Shown in pieces: positions 35,838 to 47,901 of a stretch of 64,000 bases of DNA. Within the stretch, counting starts at the first letter, position 1. Each line of letters opens with the position of its first letter. Where the stretch lies: positions 225,171 through 289,170 of the forward strand of contig JAKMXF010000325.1 of assembly GCA_024704765.1 (NCBI GenBank), in the 5' to 3' direction. The stretch comes from Oopsacas minuta (taxonomy: Eukaryota > Animalia > Porifera). Under the pieces are notes generated by a model that ran no database searches, was not told the origin of the DNA, and saw only the letters and a program-made list of their open reading frames with translations. The position numbers and the translations under genes were made by a program.

Positions 35838-35982
35838 CAGCGGTTCCCAACCTGGGTTCACGGACGATAGCAAGGGGTCCATAGGATCTCAAAATTTGTA
35901 TTGCAGTCTATGGGAGGGGGTCCACAGAATGTGTTAAAATTGGCATAGGGAGTCCATGGGTGAAAAGGGTTGGGAACCGCTG
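35838..35982. mobile_element. Buster-type MITE (145 bp)
   Basis: Perfect 15-bp TIR cagcggttcccaacc. TSD ccctagca / cccttgca (nnnTAnnn, 7/8). Confidence 0.85.
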
Positions 35983-36678
35983 CCCTTGCATAACCATTGA
36001 AAGCAAGTTTCTGGGATTATAAATATTTAGAAATTTGTTTACTTTATACACCTAAACAACAACATATATTGAAAATGCCTTGTTGACAATATCATATTTG
36101 GAATCAGCGTACCCAATTTCCTTCAAAATAACTGTTGAAAAGAATTCTCTAGCCTCATTTTGAAACATTTTCAAAAAAGTGAGAATAGATGATTAGTCAT
36201 ATATAAATATGTAGATGTACAATTAAAAATATCTGAATATGAATCTCCATCCCTGATTATCCCATAATGCCATTGAAACGTATTCTCTAGCATCATTTTG
36301 AGTTATCAGCCAAAAGGTATGAAAATATGATTAATCGTATGACAACAATTAGTTATCACATTTTGTTTACAATCTAATAATCGGAATCAGCATACTAGAT
36401 GACCTTAATGTAATCATTTACTTTACAAATATCAACAACAAAGGGATATGTTATTCCCTAAATTATATACACACGTAGATTGTATTCCCTTACTAAAATA
36501 CAAAGTGAACAAACAAACTAACTAGCACACAAACACACACAATAATTGAGTATTAAACATATAGATACACGATGTTATTGCCTGTTTTGTTATTAAAGTG
36601 TAGGTATAATTTCATCATTTACTGTATTGTGTTGATCTTAGTGACTGACCCAAATATTTATGCAAAAATGTCGTAGAA

Positions 36679-36850
36679 TATGATTAATCCTGAAAGAGGA
36701 CTCGTTGCATGGGGATATACGATATTTTATAAAGTGGGAAGTCGGTTGATGGTCTCAAACTATTATTTGTATTCATTTGGGGGCAACAACCGACTTCCTA
36801 CTGTGTAGAATTTTTCCATGCAAAATAGTTGTCTTTCAGGATTAATCATA
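36679..36850. mobile_element. Foldback MITE
   Basis: Inverted arms tatgattaatcctgaaaaga / tctttcaggattaatcata and gtgggaagtcggttg / caaccgacttcctac. Confidence 0.6.
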
Positions 36851-37894
36851 AGATGTAGGTACAGTATTCAAGTTAACAATTTTTCTTGATATTTTAGAAT
36901 AAATATTTTCTTGCCGAGGCACAATACGATAAATAAATCAATTTATAATTAAGAAATATTTACAAAACAGACGATAAGAAGAATTGGAGGAGCGCGGAGG
37001 TCGATCTAGTAAAATAGTGTTTACAGATCATTTAGAAGGTCGATATGTGAATAACTAGACTCAGCTTGCCTAATGATGTCGAACGAATGGTCACTCGATG
37101 GGATTAGGACAAAATTTGAGAATGAAATGTTGTTACATACCTGAAACATTCCTGCGTTGCTAAGGAAAACCAAATGATTTCCAAAATTGCAAGAAATTTG
37201 ATGTTGTGTACGAATCTGGTGGTTAAAAGTTGACTCAATTATATTTGATAACGTTAACCCATGAAGAATAAGTATAAAAATTGGTTCTTTTTTCCAAGGG
37301 TGTTTCAATTTCGATGCTAAGCCACCTATCTATTCTGTAGCTGGGAGATTATTCCAGTGATTAGTGTAAATCCCTATAAATGGATGATCTGAACTCTAGT
37401 CAAATACATGATTTAGTGACCCGATAATTGAGTGAATTTAGTACAGTGAACAGTTTACTATCCAGCCTTGGTAACCCTGTCAAAGCCTGCAATAAACATC
37501 GTGACAAGCAATTTTATAGAGTAATAACAGGGGACACATTAAGCTCACTCCTTTTTTTCACCATAGATTAGCTACTAGATAAGCCTTGAGGGATAGCACA
37601 GTGATGTTCATTTAAACTCATGTCGCGAATATAAAGTCACGAATTGTAACAATTTGTAATGAAATTCTCTCTTAAGGTCTTAGCACTTAGCAGTGCCCTA
37701 CAGGGAATCTGGATATGACGTTGCTATGTAGGCACTGAAAACAAAATTTTGTACAGTCGTGAGGATGTAATAATCCCATAATGAGTTAGCTTTTCGTCAA
37801 AATGGTTAATAATGTGATTTTTCGAAAATCCAAAATAGTAACAATGACGTCATAATTTCATCCAAGACTAGAACTTGTACAAGCCTGGGGGTCT

Positions 37895-37997
37895 TCGAGT
37901 TTATCGAAGGCGAAACGATGGATAAATGAGTACCATCGATGCAACATATAACCAATAAGAATCCAATCTTTTGAAAGAGGCTTCCTGTATTTTGCAT
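37895..37997 (-). mobile_element. PIF/Harbinger (HARBI1-like) transposase fragment
   Basis: FQKIGFLLVICCIDGTHLSIVSP resembles the Harbinger GFPxVIGCIDGTHIxIxxP first-Asp motif. Short and isolated. Confidence 0.5.
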
Positions 37998-39998
37998 TGG
38001 TTGTAAGTTGTGACAGGTGGTGGGATAAACTACCGCAGCGATGCTGGAAACAGAAACCTAGGAAATACTCTGAGTATTTGGGATTACATTATGATTCTAC
38101 GCAACAATTTAAGCATAGAAATGCTGTTTGAGTTTGCTCTACTTTAGTCAGGGCTGCTATCGCCGAAAGCACGAAATTTGGTATGATATTGCAGTAGGGT
38201 GTACTTGAACTTTTAGAAGGGCAGCCACTTCATCGAAGTTCAGGGGTCTGATGCACACTCAGTTTTATGTACCACTTTTGGACACATTATGAAGGTGTTC
38301 ACATGCATATAACTCATCCAGTTTGAATTGATACGATTTTTGGTGTCGATATTCGTAATCAATGAGATTTCACGCCGTTTGAGCGGTCAGTCACTAGAAC
38401 ATGTTCGGGAATATTTTTCTCTAGCAACACAGAAATCTCAGGAATCTGGAAACATTCCATTCTCAAATTTTGTCCTAACCCTCTCGAGTGACCCCTTGGT
38501 AGGCTCCGCTTAGCTAGCTGAGTCTATTTAAGGATAAATCGACCTTCGACCTCCTTATTAGGTTATCATGACTGTACAAAAATTGGATATTTTCCAAATT
38601 TCGAGAATTTTAGAATTTCTTAATACACGAGGTACGAAGTGCCGAGATTACTAACCAAAAGCAACGTAAGAGCTCTAGTATTACCACAAAAGGCAATTAA
38701 ATAGAATTTGGATAGATCATGGATAATAAAAAATTAAACTAGAGACACGTAGTGCCGAGTATATCCAGTCACGTAGCGACCCATAAGCACTGACAAATGC
38801 AGCCCCCTGCCGATTGATATTCTCAAACTATCACATGTATTTGTTTGGGGTAATCAACAGTATCTTCGGAAGTTGAGTTATGTGGTTTAACATTTTCATA
38901 TCTATGCACCGACTGGGTGTTTTACGGTAAAATTAGCGTAGTCTTAAAAAAGTATTGTCATAAGAAAATGGAGAGGCGGATGCTTGATTCCTACAGTGCT
39001 GCTTTCTATATTCGGGAAACTAATCCTACGTATTTGGCGCAGTCACTAGTATGTCCGTCACGGAACATCGAAGGGCGTAATGTAGCATCCAAGTCAAGGG
39101 AATTATGTGGAGAGGAGCATGCCAAAGAAATACACACAATTAAATGTTGAGAGAACTTTAAAATACTGTTGCAAATTTAATTGTAAGCGTAATACTCCTG
39201 TTTAGAGATAATTTAGAAATTCGATCTGTCCTTAACTAGACTCAGCTAGCCTAGCGGCGTGCTAACAAGGAATCACTCGATAGGGTCAAAATTTGAGAAT
39301 GGAATGTTGCCACATTCTTGACACATTAGTGCGTTGCTATGGACAAATATTCCCAAATATATTCGAGTGACTACTCAAACGATGGGAATTATTCGCTGAA
39401 TACGAATATCGACACCAATTCGATTCAAACTTGATGAGTTATATGTATTTAAACACCTTCAAAATGTGCCCAAAAGTGGAACATAAAACTGAGTGTGCAT
39501 CAGACCCCTAAACTTCGATGAATTGGCTCCCTTTCTAAAAAGTTCCAGCACACCCTACTGTAACTTTGTACCAAATTTGGTGCTTTTACCCAACTTGTTT
39601 CTAAAATAATCAAATCGATGATAACAGCTCCTGGCTATTTAGAGAGTCCCCGCTTGCCAACAAGTCTCAACTTGAATTTGTACCAATTGATCTCAGAATT
39701 GCCTACGATCTGTTATCTTTTGCAAATCCCGTATGAAATTTCTAACGCACACGTGACTATGTCACACAAATATGCCGTATTACTCTGAATAAGCATATTC
39801 TACTACACGAAAAATAAGCTCCGCAGCACTTATTCAGGGAAATATGATATATCCGATATTGTTCTAAAACAGTATATACTATTTTAGAAACTAAGCGAGT
39901 ATGTCTTAACCGAGTTCTAATGTACGATATAGTGGAGGCGTGATCATACTAAAATTCAATAGTATATAAACTGATATTCATTAACAATATGTAAAACA

Positions 39999-41350
39999 AT
40001 GGAATCCAGTAATCTCGTCAGTGATTCAGAAATGATCTTTTCCTATGATTCTGTAGTTTCAACAGTTCCAGAATTTCACACCTATAAACTCAAGAAAATT
40101 TGCAATGCGATTCATACATTATTGCTAGTAACTTTCATCTTCATGACAACCCTGTGGATGCAAACAGGCGTTTCATTATACATTCCATTCTATTCGGAGG
40201 TGGCTATGAAGAAAGGATTGAATGACAGTGAAATTGGTGTCATAATGGGATTGTCACCATTTATTTGTTTTATAATTTACCCACTCATGAATATATTCGT
40301 CAACAACAGCAATTTAAAACTATCATCCTCGATAAGTGGCATATATTTTAGCGCTAATTTTATGCTTTTGGTGTATTAATAGAGATGGAGAGAATTCCAT
40401 TTGAATGCTTTTCACTCATTTTTCAATTTTTTCAGGCATTTGCAGTTTCAATTCTATTTTTAGCTACTTTCTCTATTTTGTTGAGAATATTCCCTGATTA
40501 TAGAGCTATCACTATTTCTGTGTCAGACGCATTTTTGGGACTAGGCTACATGTTGGGCCCACCACTTGGAGGCGTTTTATTCAGCAAATTCGGGTTTAGT
40601 TTGATGTATTATCCGGCTGGAACTATCACTTTTATATTGATTTCAGTTTCAGTTATATTATTGGTACCTAATGAATTCAGTTCCGATACTTTGGAGGACG
40701 AGGGTGATCAGGATAACTTCTTATGTTCACGATTTTAGGAAAAATTTATTTGATATTATTGGTCATTTTAGTTCTCATCACGACAATTGTGATTAACTTT
40801 TCGCGCCAGTTCTTGGCCCATATATGACAGACAGATATAAGAAGGATTCTGTCACAATTGGTCTCATGTTCTTATCTAGCGACCTGGTTTATCTCACGCT
40901 TGCGCCTATTATGGGAGTCATTTGTACCAAAGTTAAATATTTGACACCTTTTATTATAGTTGGTTTCTTCATCCAATCAATAGGGACATTTCTAGTACCA
41001 CCTTCAGATCTCTTTACAAATCTACTCAACAACACAATTGGAATTGAAACTAGTACTATCGATAATAGAATATCTTATATTGGAATGGCTTTGATGGGTT
41101 TAGGCTTCATTTTGTCGAGTATACCTATTTTAGCGGAATTGTTAAACAGGGCTGATACTCAGTTTCCCGAAAACAAAATGTGGCAACAACTGTTATCTCT
41201 ATGTAGCTTTCTCTATACTATTTGGGGGAGGGAAGTGGTCCTTTCGTGTCAGGAATAGTGACACAAATTTCACACTTGATCGAAATGTTTGTTCAGAAAT
41301 TATATATTAATCTGATGTTGGTTACATTAAATATTAATTTTAAACAATAA
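39999..41350 (+). pseudogene. Intronless MFS transporter (SLC18B1-like) disrupted by four -1 frameshifts and one stop
   Basis: Joined frames give multi-TM helices with MFS-type motifs: PFYSEVAMKKGLNDSEIGVIMG, LGLGYMLGPPLGGVLFSKFGF, FAPVLGPYM, IGLMFL, GEGSGPFVSG. Frame steps at ~40360, ~40720, ~40800 and ~41177. TAG at 41204-41206. Confidence 0.75.
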
Positions 41351-42130
41351 TACAAACTACTATTCGTTGGTATTGTATTAATTTATTGCCACCCCACCAG
41401 CAGAAAATGTATGGAAGCCGCCCATATTGTTCCGGATAGTGGGACAGAGTCGCATAATTTGTCACATATTGTCAGAATTTAATTGGGTGTGTAGAGTCTG
41501 ATTTTGAGATTCAGAACCTGAAAGTAACAAATTCACAGATTTATCTTTTGTCAAGTTAACTTTTGACATATAATTCAAACGCATTCAAGATTTGGGTAAT
41601 CGAATTTGTGATTTTACATTGCCATTTGTTTCAATTTTATATCTTCATTATTTATCATAAGATTATAGAATTGTTCTGAATGAGCGTCCCGGCGAATATT
41701 ATTTCGTGGGCCCTTTTTTTCCATTTTTCAAATTAAAAAAGATTTTAGGAAACTAAATATCCAAATTTGTTGAATACTGAAATGAGGCGTAAATTTCATC
41801 AAAAATAGACGGAGATATCGCTTTAGTCACTAGTTTTCGTGCGTTTATCTAACCCTCAGCGTTTATTCAGGAACATATGGTAATCTTATTTTAACAACAT
41901 CTTTTGACCCATATTACAAAATGACTCTTGAAATTTCGTTCCTATATTAAGTATGGTTTAAAATATGAAATTTACAGATTTATGATTAATATTTTTGCGA
42001 ATATTTAATATTGATGATTTACAAATAGTCGAATATATATTTCTAATGATACTAGAATGGGTAATCAGAAGTAATCGAACATCAAAAATCTAATTTTCTA
42101 TTTTGATTTTAAGTCCACATGAATTATCAC

Positions 42131-42184
42131 ATGAATGATATGAATGATATGAATCATATGAATCATATGAATCATGTGAATCAT
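42131..42184. repeat. 9-bp tandem repeat x6 (atgaatcat consensus)
   Basis: atgaatgat x2, atgaatcat x3, gtgaatcat x1. Confidence 0.9.
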
Positions 42185-45041
42185 GTGATATTTTCGCACC
42201 TTTTCCATCATTTTAAAATTAATACTAGAGATTTATCTTCAACCGTTAGTCATTGGGTAATCAATTATGTATGTAGATTCCAATTTTGAGTTTTGACATT
42301 TACAAATCCAAAGCTACATGATTTATCATATGACTAATCATTTTACATATTTTTGCATATATTTCAAACTGATACAAGAAAATTAGCTTCAACGGTTACT
42401 CAGGGGTAATTGAGTATGTAAATTATAATTTTGGCATCTAAAAATCTTTAACTGGATATGATTAATCATATTTCAACACCTTTTGGAATATATTTTACAA
42501 TGATGCTAGAATTTCGCTCGATTACCTTTGGCAAAAAGATTGAATAGAGATTCCAATTTGATAATTTCAATTCTATACCTACATGATTTATCACATATTT
42601 AATCATATATTACCATATTAGTTAATATTTTTCACGAAAACAGACGATGACACTACGTATCTGTAAGAAATATACGAAAAACTGAAAATCGGGGGGGAAG
42701 AAGGATGATCAAGTACAGTCATGTTAAAGATCATTTTGTTGATATGTGATAACTATACTCAGCTAGTCTAGTGGTGTCGAATAAGTCACTCGATTATGAT
42801 ATATTTTGTTAATGGTAAGTTGCTAATTCCTGAGACTTTCCTGCGTTGCTAGGGAAAAATCTTCCAAATATGGTGGTCATTTGACTACTTGAACGACGGG
42901 GAAATTACACTAATTTCGAATATCAGTATAACAATTTGATTGATTTGAAACTGTAGATTTTATATGAGTTTCTATGATATACAAATAGGATTTTTAATAT
43001 TAATCATCATTTTTACTAGGAAAGATATAGGCACCAAATATTCTAAGTTTATATGAAATTATGGTTCGAATGCAAATATGCTACCACTATACGTATTTAC
43101 TTCCACTCTCAAACCTGATTTGCTCGGACATAGCCTACTTTAATATAAGGCAAAAATATTGTTAATTGAGGTCTAGTGTTGTTCACGTATATTTTTATCA
43201 TTATTCTACATTATTCTTTCACTCTCTATAATTATCACATGGTTTATCAATGCGGTATGATCAGACTATTTAAAAGTATGAATAATTCTCTAAATCCCTT
43301 TGATTTATAACTGTAAATTATAGAATCAATGATCCTTAGAATATCTCTCATATAATCGATACGGATTCTACAATTCATTATAAGTCTAATTCTTAGAGTA
43401 ATTCATATAAGGAATCGGCCCAATTTTAAGAATTTTGAGAATTGAGAATCCTTAAGGTAACATAATCAATGTACTATTTTGGATATATCACTTTATCTAT
43501 TTAAATCTTAGGTCCATATAGATTACAGACTATAGACATATGGAATCTCTAGGCCAAAACTTGCTCATGGGTTAATCGGTTTACAGTAACTAGTAGAAAT
43601 ACTTATCATTGATAACATTTGATATTTCAGCCCTAAATAGTACATTAAGCGTGTATAAGGGTATCCTCTGAGATACGCCAATCCGTATCTCGGAGGTTTA
43701 CCTGTATACGTATGAAAAGGTGTGGTAACCGCATACTCAAAAACCAAAATTTTTGATTTTCGAAATTACTCTACTATAATCGCTTACGGCCAAAGTTTTA
43801 CGTTCGTAAAAGAACACTAAAATTTTGCAACTATGTTTTAACCGATTCCCGCACCAAAATTGATCACCTTTTTGACGTCATAATATCACACTTACCTGGC
43901 AGTATTCGGTTAAAGGTTAGCAGAAATATGTACATCCAATACCATACTTAAACTTAAGTGGGATCCATCGATGTCCAGCTGATTGATTTTGTTTGCCAAG
44001 ATAATATTATATTCTTAAAGTACAAGTGAGAAGTCATAAATCAATGTTTGGATTTCTGGAGATACACGCAATCTCTATGTTGTTGGGGTGACTAGCAACC
44101 CCAAAGAGGAAAAACTAGCTACACCTCTGTATATAACATTCTAGGTATTATAAGAATTGGATTAACCTTCACACGTGTATTCGTGAAACTAGTCTGAACC
44201 ATGTAAGGTATTTGAAGAACTTGGATTATCATTAGTAATATCCGATGAAATAATTGAGTGATTTGCAACTGGAAAAGTGTTGCAAACTGTAAATATCCAG
44301 TAATGTGATCGCTGACAATTAAAACATGATATTCCTGGGTTATACATTAGAACTGAGCGATCACAACGCGAACATGAACTGTGTTCGTGTTTTACTTTCT
44401 GTCCTTCGTGTCGTGTTAATCTGAAATTTGAATACGACGCTCGGCTCGAAGTTTGTTTTGTTTCTTGTCCAGGATAAAATCAGAGTAATTTCTTTGAAAT
44501 TTGTTTATTTTATGGAGCGTACAGGACAACTTACATATTCTAGTCAGGACATTCAATATTATTGACAAGTTTGTTGATTTATTCATCTTACTTTCAATTA
44601 TTGAACTAATTAGTAGTACGTAAGTAAGTGACGGTTATAAATCCGAAAATCTTGGGATAAATATTGAAATTGGAATGGCGCACTACAGTACTTCTGCTCG
44701 AGAATATTATCTATTATACATTTAATCTGGGATTCTGATAAGACAGCTTTCAATAGACGCACTAGCATCAATGTTTATAGGTACATAAAACCTATCTCTT
44801 TCTTGTTTAGAATTCTTTGACAATATATTGTCCAAATAAAGAGATCTCATACATAATACGTATCAAACAATTAAATTCAAGAAAACGGATGTTTGTCAGG
44901 GATCATGTGCGCTCAGTTCTATAATACATTATTTTTTTCTTAAAAGTTAATTGTCAGTAAATTACATTTCTAAACAAAATCCTAAACAATTGTGCCATGC
45001 AGGAAATATATATATATATACAAAATATTAAACAATCAGTG

Positions 45042-47282
45042 CTATTTCTCTATTTGTTCTGTTTCATTATCAGATTGAGTGCCTGTAGGCTGAAGAGAAT
45101 CCCCTGCACTCTCAACAATATCAATCTGATTTTGTTCTGGTGGAGTAGGCTCGTATATAATATCCTCAGGGTCTGGAGGAGGTGGCAGGAAGGTGTCACC
45201 GGGGCAAATAGTGTCGAAGACACCCTTAGCTTCAGAAAGAATCTGTTGGTATGAAGGTTCTAAATCAGGACTCGATATAAGATGGATATTGTCTGCTAGT
45301 TTGGATTTATTACCAGTTGGAGCCTGTGTGCTATTATAATTAAAGTAGATAGAGTATAGCACTTTAGGGGCAGGAGGTATATCGGTGTTATCAGTAGAGT
45401 TATTGAATAGGAATTCTACGACAGGAAGCAGGTCTGCTTTAGCTGTGTTTTGTGATGAGCAGCAGGTAATGTGCACGAGGTAACACCTGTCAGGACAGGA
45501 TTGAGATTTTGGAGACAACTCAATTATCTTGATTGTGTAGGATTGATTTGGTCCTAGGGTGTGACTGGGTATTGTAATGAATCCTATATCTGAATTTATG
45601 TCCGAGGTATTAGGGGGTAACAATTTCCTGTTTGTAGCTAAGATAGCTCTGCTGTAACGGATAGTGGGTTGGGGGTCAGGGACGAGAGATACTCCGAGGA
45701 TAATATGTTTACAAAGGAATGTTGTATTTTCAGTATCACGTACAGAATGACATTTAGAAACTCCTTCAGTTTCAATAATCTCCAGATACCGTATTTCTTT
45801 CCTCAACATGTAAAGTCCCCCGAATACAGCGGCCATCCTGCAGAATGCCTGAGGCAGTTCGCCTATACCGTACACCGGCCAGAGGTAAGGGGAGTTACTG
45901 TATCTTCCAATTGACTGGAGGTAAAACTTTGACCTCTCCAGCGCTACTTCTGTCAACGAATCATCCTCTACCTGTGCTATAGAGCTCTTGATGAGCGCTC
46001 TGAGCTTTGCGTTAAGACGCATGTGTTCCATAAATTCAGAGAACGGACGGGCATTGTACTTTTCCACCTCTTCAGTATGTTCGTCTAGATCCATGACAAA
46101 AGTAACGAATCTCATCAGAAGTCTCTTCTCCAGCACACTGACAGTCTTGCTCGTGAATACATCAGCTCTGGAGGCTGGTACTAATGTTAAGTTGCCGTCT
46201 AGAACTGTTATTATCTTATTCACTGCTTTGAACTCCAAATACTTTGTAACAGAGGATTTAACTATCATGTCTACGAAGGGATCTGTTGCGTATATCAGTT
46301 TGGGCCAGAGATCAAACGTGAACATTCTATGCTGAGATTTGAGTTCTGTCCAGGAGAGGACGGGGTCAGTGGAGGGAGTAGATATTTTGGTGTGTGAGGA
46401 AGGAGTGAGAAGTTGTGTTTCTTTATCTTGTGTAGATTGGTTATCTTGTAGTGTAGATTGGGTATCCTGTAGTGTAGGTTGGCTCTCTTGTAGTGTAGAT
46501 TGGCTATCTTGTAGTATAGATTGGCTATCTTGTAGTGTAGGTTGGCCATCTTGTAGTGTAGGTTGGCCATCTTGTAGTGTAGGTTGGCTCTCTTGTAGTG
46601 TAGGTTGGCTCTCTTGTAGTGTAGATTGGCTCTCTTGTAGTGTAGATTGGCTATCTTGTAGTGTAGGTTGGCTCTCTTGTAGTGATGATTTGTTATCTTT
46701 TTGCGTAGGTTGTGTGCTTTCTTGAGTAGACGTAGGAGTATCAAAAGTTGTAACAGGGGCAGGAGATAGATTATCCTCATTAACCTCTGTGGAATCTGAG
46801 TTATGGTGAATTGACTGACTAGTCTCTTCGTGAGAAGTAACTTTGGTATCAGTATCAGTGGCTAGACTATAATTATTTGCACAATCAGTAGAAGTAATAT
46901 TAGGTGTAACGTTAGTTGTTACAGGTGTTACCTCAGGCAACAGAGGAGAAGACTGCTCTACGAAATCTTGTTCTATATTTTCGTATATCCTAGAAAGATC
47001 CGAGCGGAGGAAGTAACGCTGTGAGTTAGAGCTTTGATCTTCTGTCGACTGAACATTATTATCTTGGGTTTGCGGTGTGCGAGGAGTTGCCTTAAGAAAC
47101 TCTATAAACTCTCTGTACATTAGACTAGCACATTCTCCTCCGTAGAATTGATTGTAATCGAGATGGAGAACAGAGACGCCATTACGACACAAGGCTGCTG
47201 CAATAATAGATTCAGTTAAGCCAGTACCATACACAATTACGTCGAAATTTTTCGGTAATTCATCGCTGGATACATAAGCCAT
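45042..47282 (-). CDS. CHM: Rab escort protein (Rab geranylgeranyltransferase component A), 746 aa, intronless
   Basis: GDI/REP motifs FDVIVYGTGLTESIIAAAL...VLHLDYNQFYGG, FDLWPKL, VTKYLEFK, VPASRADVF, EKRLLMRF and SPYLWPVYGIGELPQAFCRMAAVFGGLYML. The large insert after the first conserved block, the length and the lack of a GDI-type C-terminus point to REP rather than Rab GDI. Confidence 0.88.
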   Translation of the reverse strand: MAYVSSDELPKNFDVIVYGTGLTESIIAAALCRNGVSVLHLDYNQFYGGECASLMYREFIEFLKATPRTPQTQDNNVQSTEDQSSNSQRYFLRSDLSRIYENIEQDFVEQSSPLLPEVTPVTTNVTPNITSTDCANNYSLATDTDTKVTSHEETSQSIHHNSDSTEVNEDNLSPAPVTTFDTPTSTQESTQPTQKDNKSSLQESQPTLQDSQSTLQESQSTLQESQPTLQESQPTLQDGQPTLQDGQPTLQDSQSILQDSQSTLQESQPTLQDTQSTLQDNQSTQDKETQLLTPSSHTKISTPSTDPVLSWTELKSQHRMFTFDLWPKLIYATDPFVDMIVKSSVTKYLEFKAVNKIITVLDGNLTLVPASRADVFTSKTVSVLEKRLLMRFVTFVMDLDEHTEEVEKYNARPFSEFMEHMRLNAKLRALIKSSIAQVEDDSLTEVALERSKFYLQSIGRYSNSPYLWPVYGIGELPQAFCRMAAVFGGLYMLRKEIRYLEIIETEGVSKCHSVRDTENTTFLCKHIILGVSLVPDPQPTIRYSRAILATNRKLLPPNTSDINSDIGFITIPSHTLGPNQSYTIKIIELSPKSQSCPDRCYLVHITCCSSQNTAKADLLPVVEFLFNNSTDNTDIPPAPKVLYSIYFNYNSTQAPTGNKSKLADNIHLISSPDLEPSYQQILSEAKGVFDTICPGDTFLPPPPDPEDIIYEPTPPEQNQIDIVESAGDSLQPTGTQSDNETEQIEK
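46431..46682 (-). repeat. Coding minisatellite, 12 x 21 bp (LQ[E/D][S/G/T/N]Q[P/S][T/I]), CHM residues 201-284
   Basis: Units such as ctacaagagagccaacctaca / ctacaagatagccaatctaca counted directly; all in frame. Confidence 0.95.
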
Positions 47283-47557
47283 CTATAATTTGCTGATTGA
47301 ACAATTGCCAATAAAAGTAAATAATAAGAAATAAGACGAGAACATTATTCTAAAATTGAATATGAAATAAGTCATAATTATAGAGCTCCCATTAAAAGTA
47401 GCAAATTGTAGAAGAGTGTAAGATAATTGAAGGAACTACAATGAAGAGATTGTGAATAGTTTTATGAGAGAGAGCTTTAGTATTAATCAATACTTGAATC
47501 TAACCTCGCGTAGAGACCTACTCTTCAGGAAATTGCCGTAACTAATAGAATTTAAAG

Positions 47558-47901
47558 CTATAGAGAAGTTGCTTTCTTCTTGGACTGTGTGACCGCGGGG
47601 GCGGAGGCAAGATCGGAAGGAGGGTACTTTCGTGAGTAGTCAGCGAAGTCATCTCTCTTTTTCTTCTGAAGCAAGATAGGCTTTCCTTCCTTAGGCTGGG
47701 CATTAGTTGGTAGAGTAGTGTGTTTGGCGCCCACGAATGGTTCTCGCTTCAAATTTAGTTTAGGAGTTCGAATTCCACTGGACTCTTTGGTTGCTAGGTC
47801 AGTGTTGGGAGCTAAGTCTTCATTTCGCTTCCGCTTTGCATCTTTAGAATTCTCAACAGACCCCTCTCTGCTCCTGTCTCGCTTTCTCTCACCTTTCCTA
47901 T
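47558..47901 (-). CDS. THOC2: THOC2 terminal exon (predicted)
   Basis: The acceptor tttgcttctag ends at 47902, in phase 1, matching the donor of exon 54407-54696. It reads (D)RKGERKRDRSREGSVENSKDAKRKRNED...KKKATSL*, a K/R/D/S-rich tail as in THOC2. Confidence 0.65.

Noticed and set aside
46295-46780. Overlapping ORFs (LHYKRAN)n and (SCSVDWL)n; also considered as a CRISPR-like array
   Set aside because: Alternate frames of the 21-bp coding repeat. The units are contiguous with no unique spacers and the context is eukaryotic.
45042-47282. Rab GDI assignment
   Set aside because: The ~250-aa insert after the first conserved block, the 746-aa length and the WPxYGxGELPQxFCRMxAVFGG wording fit REP/CHM better.
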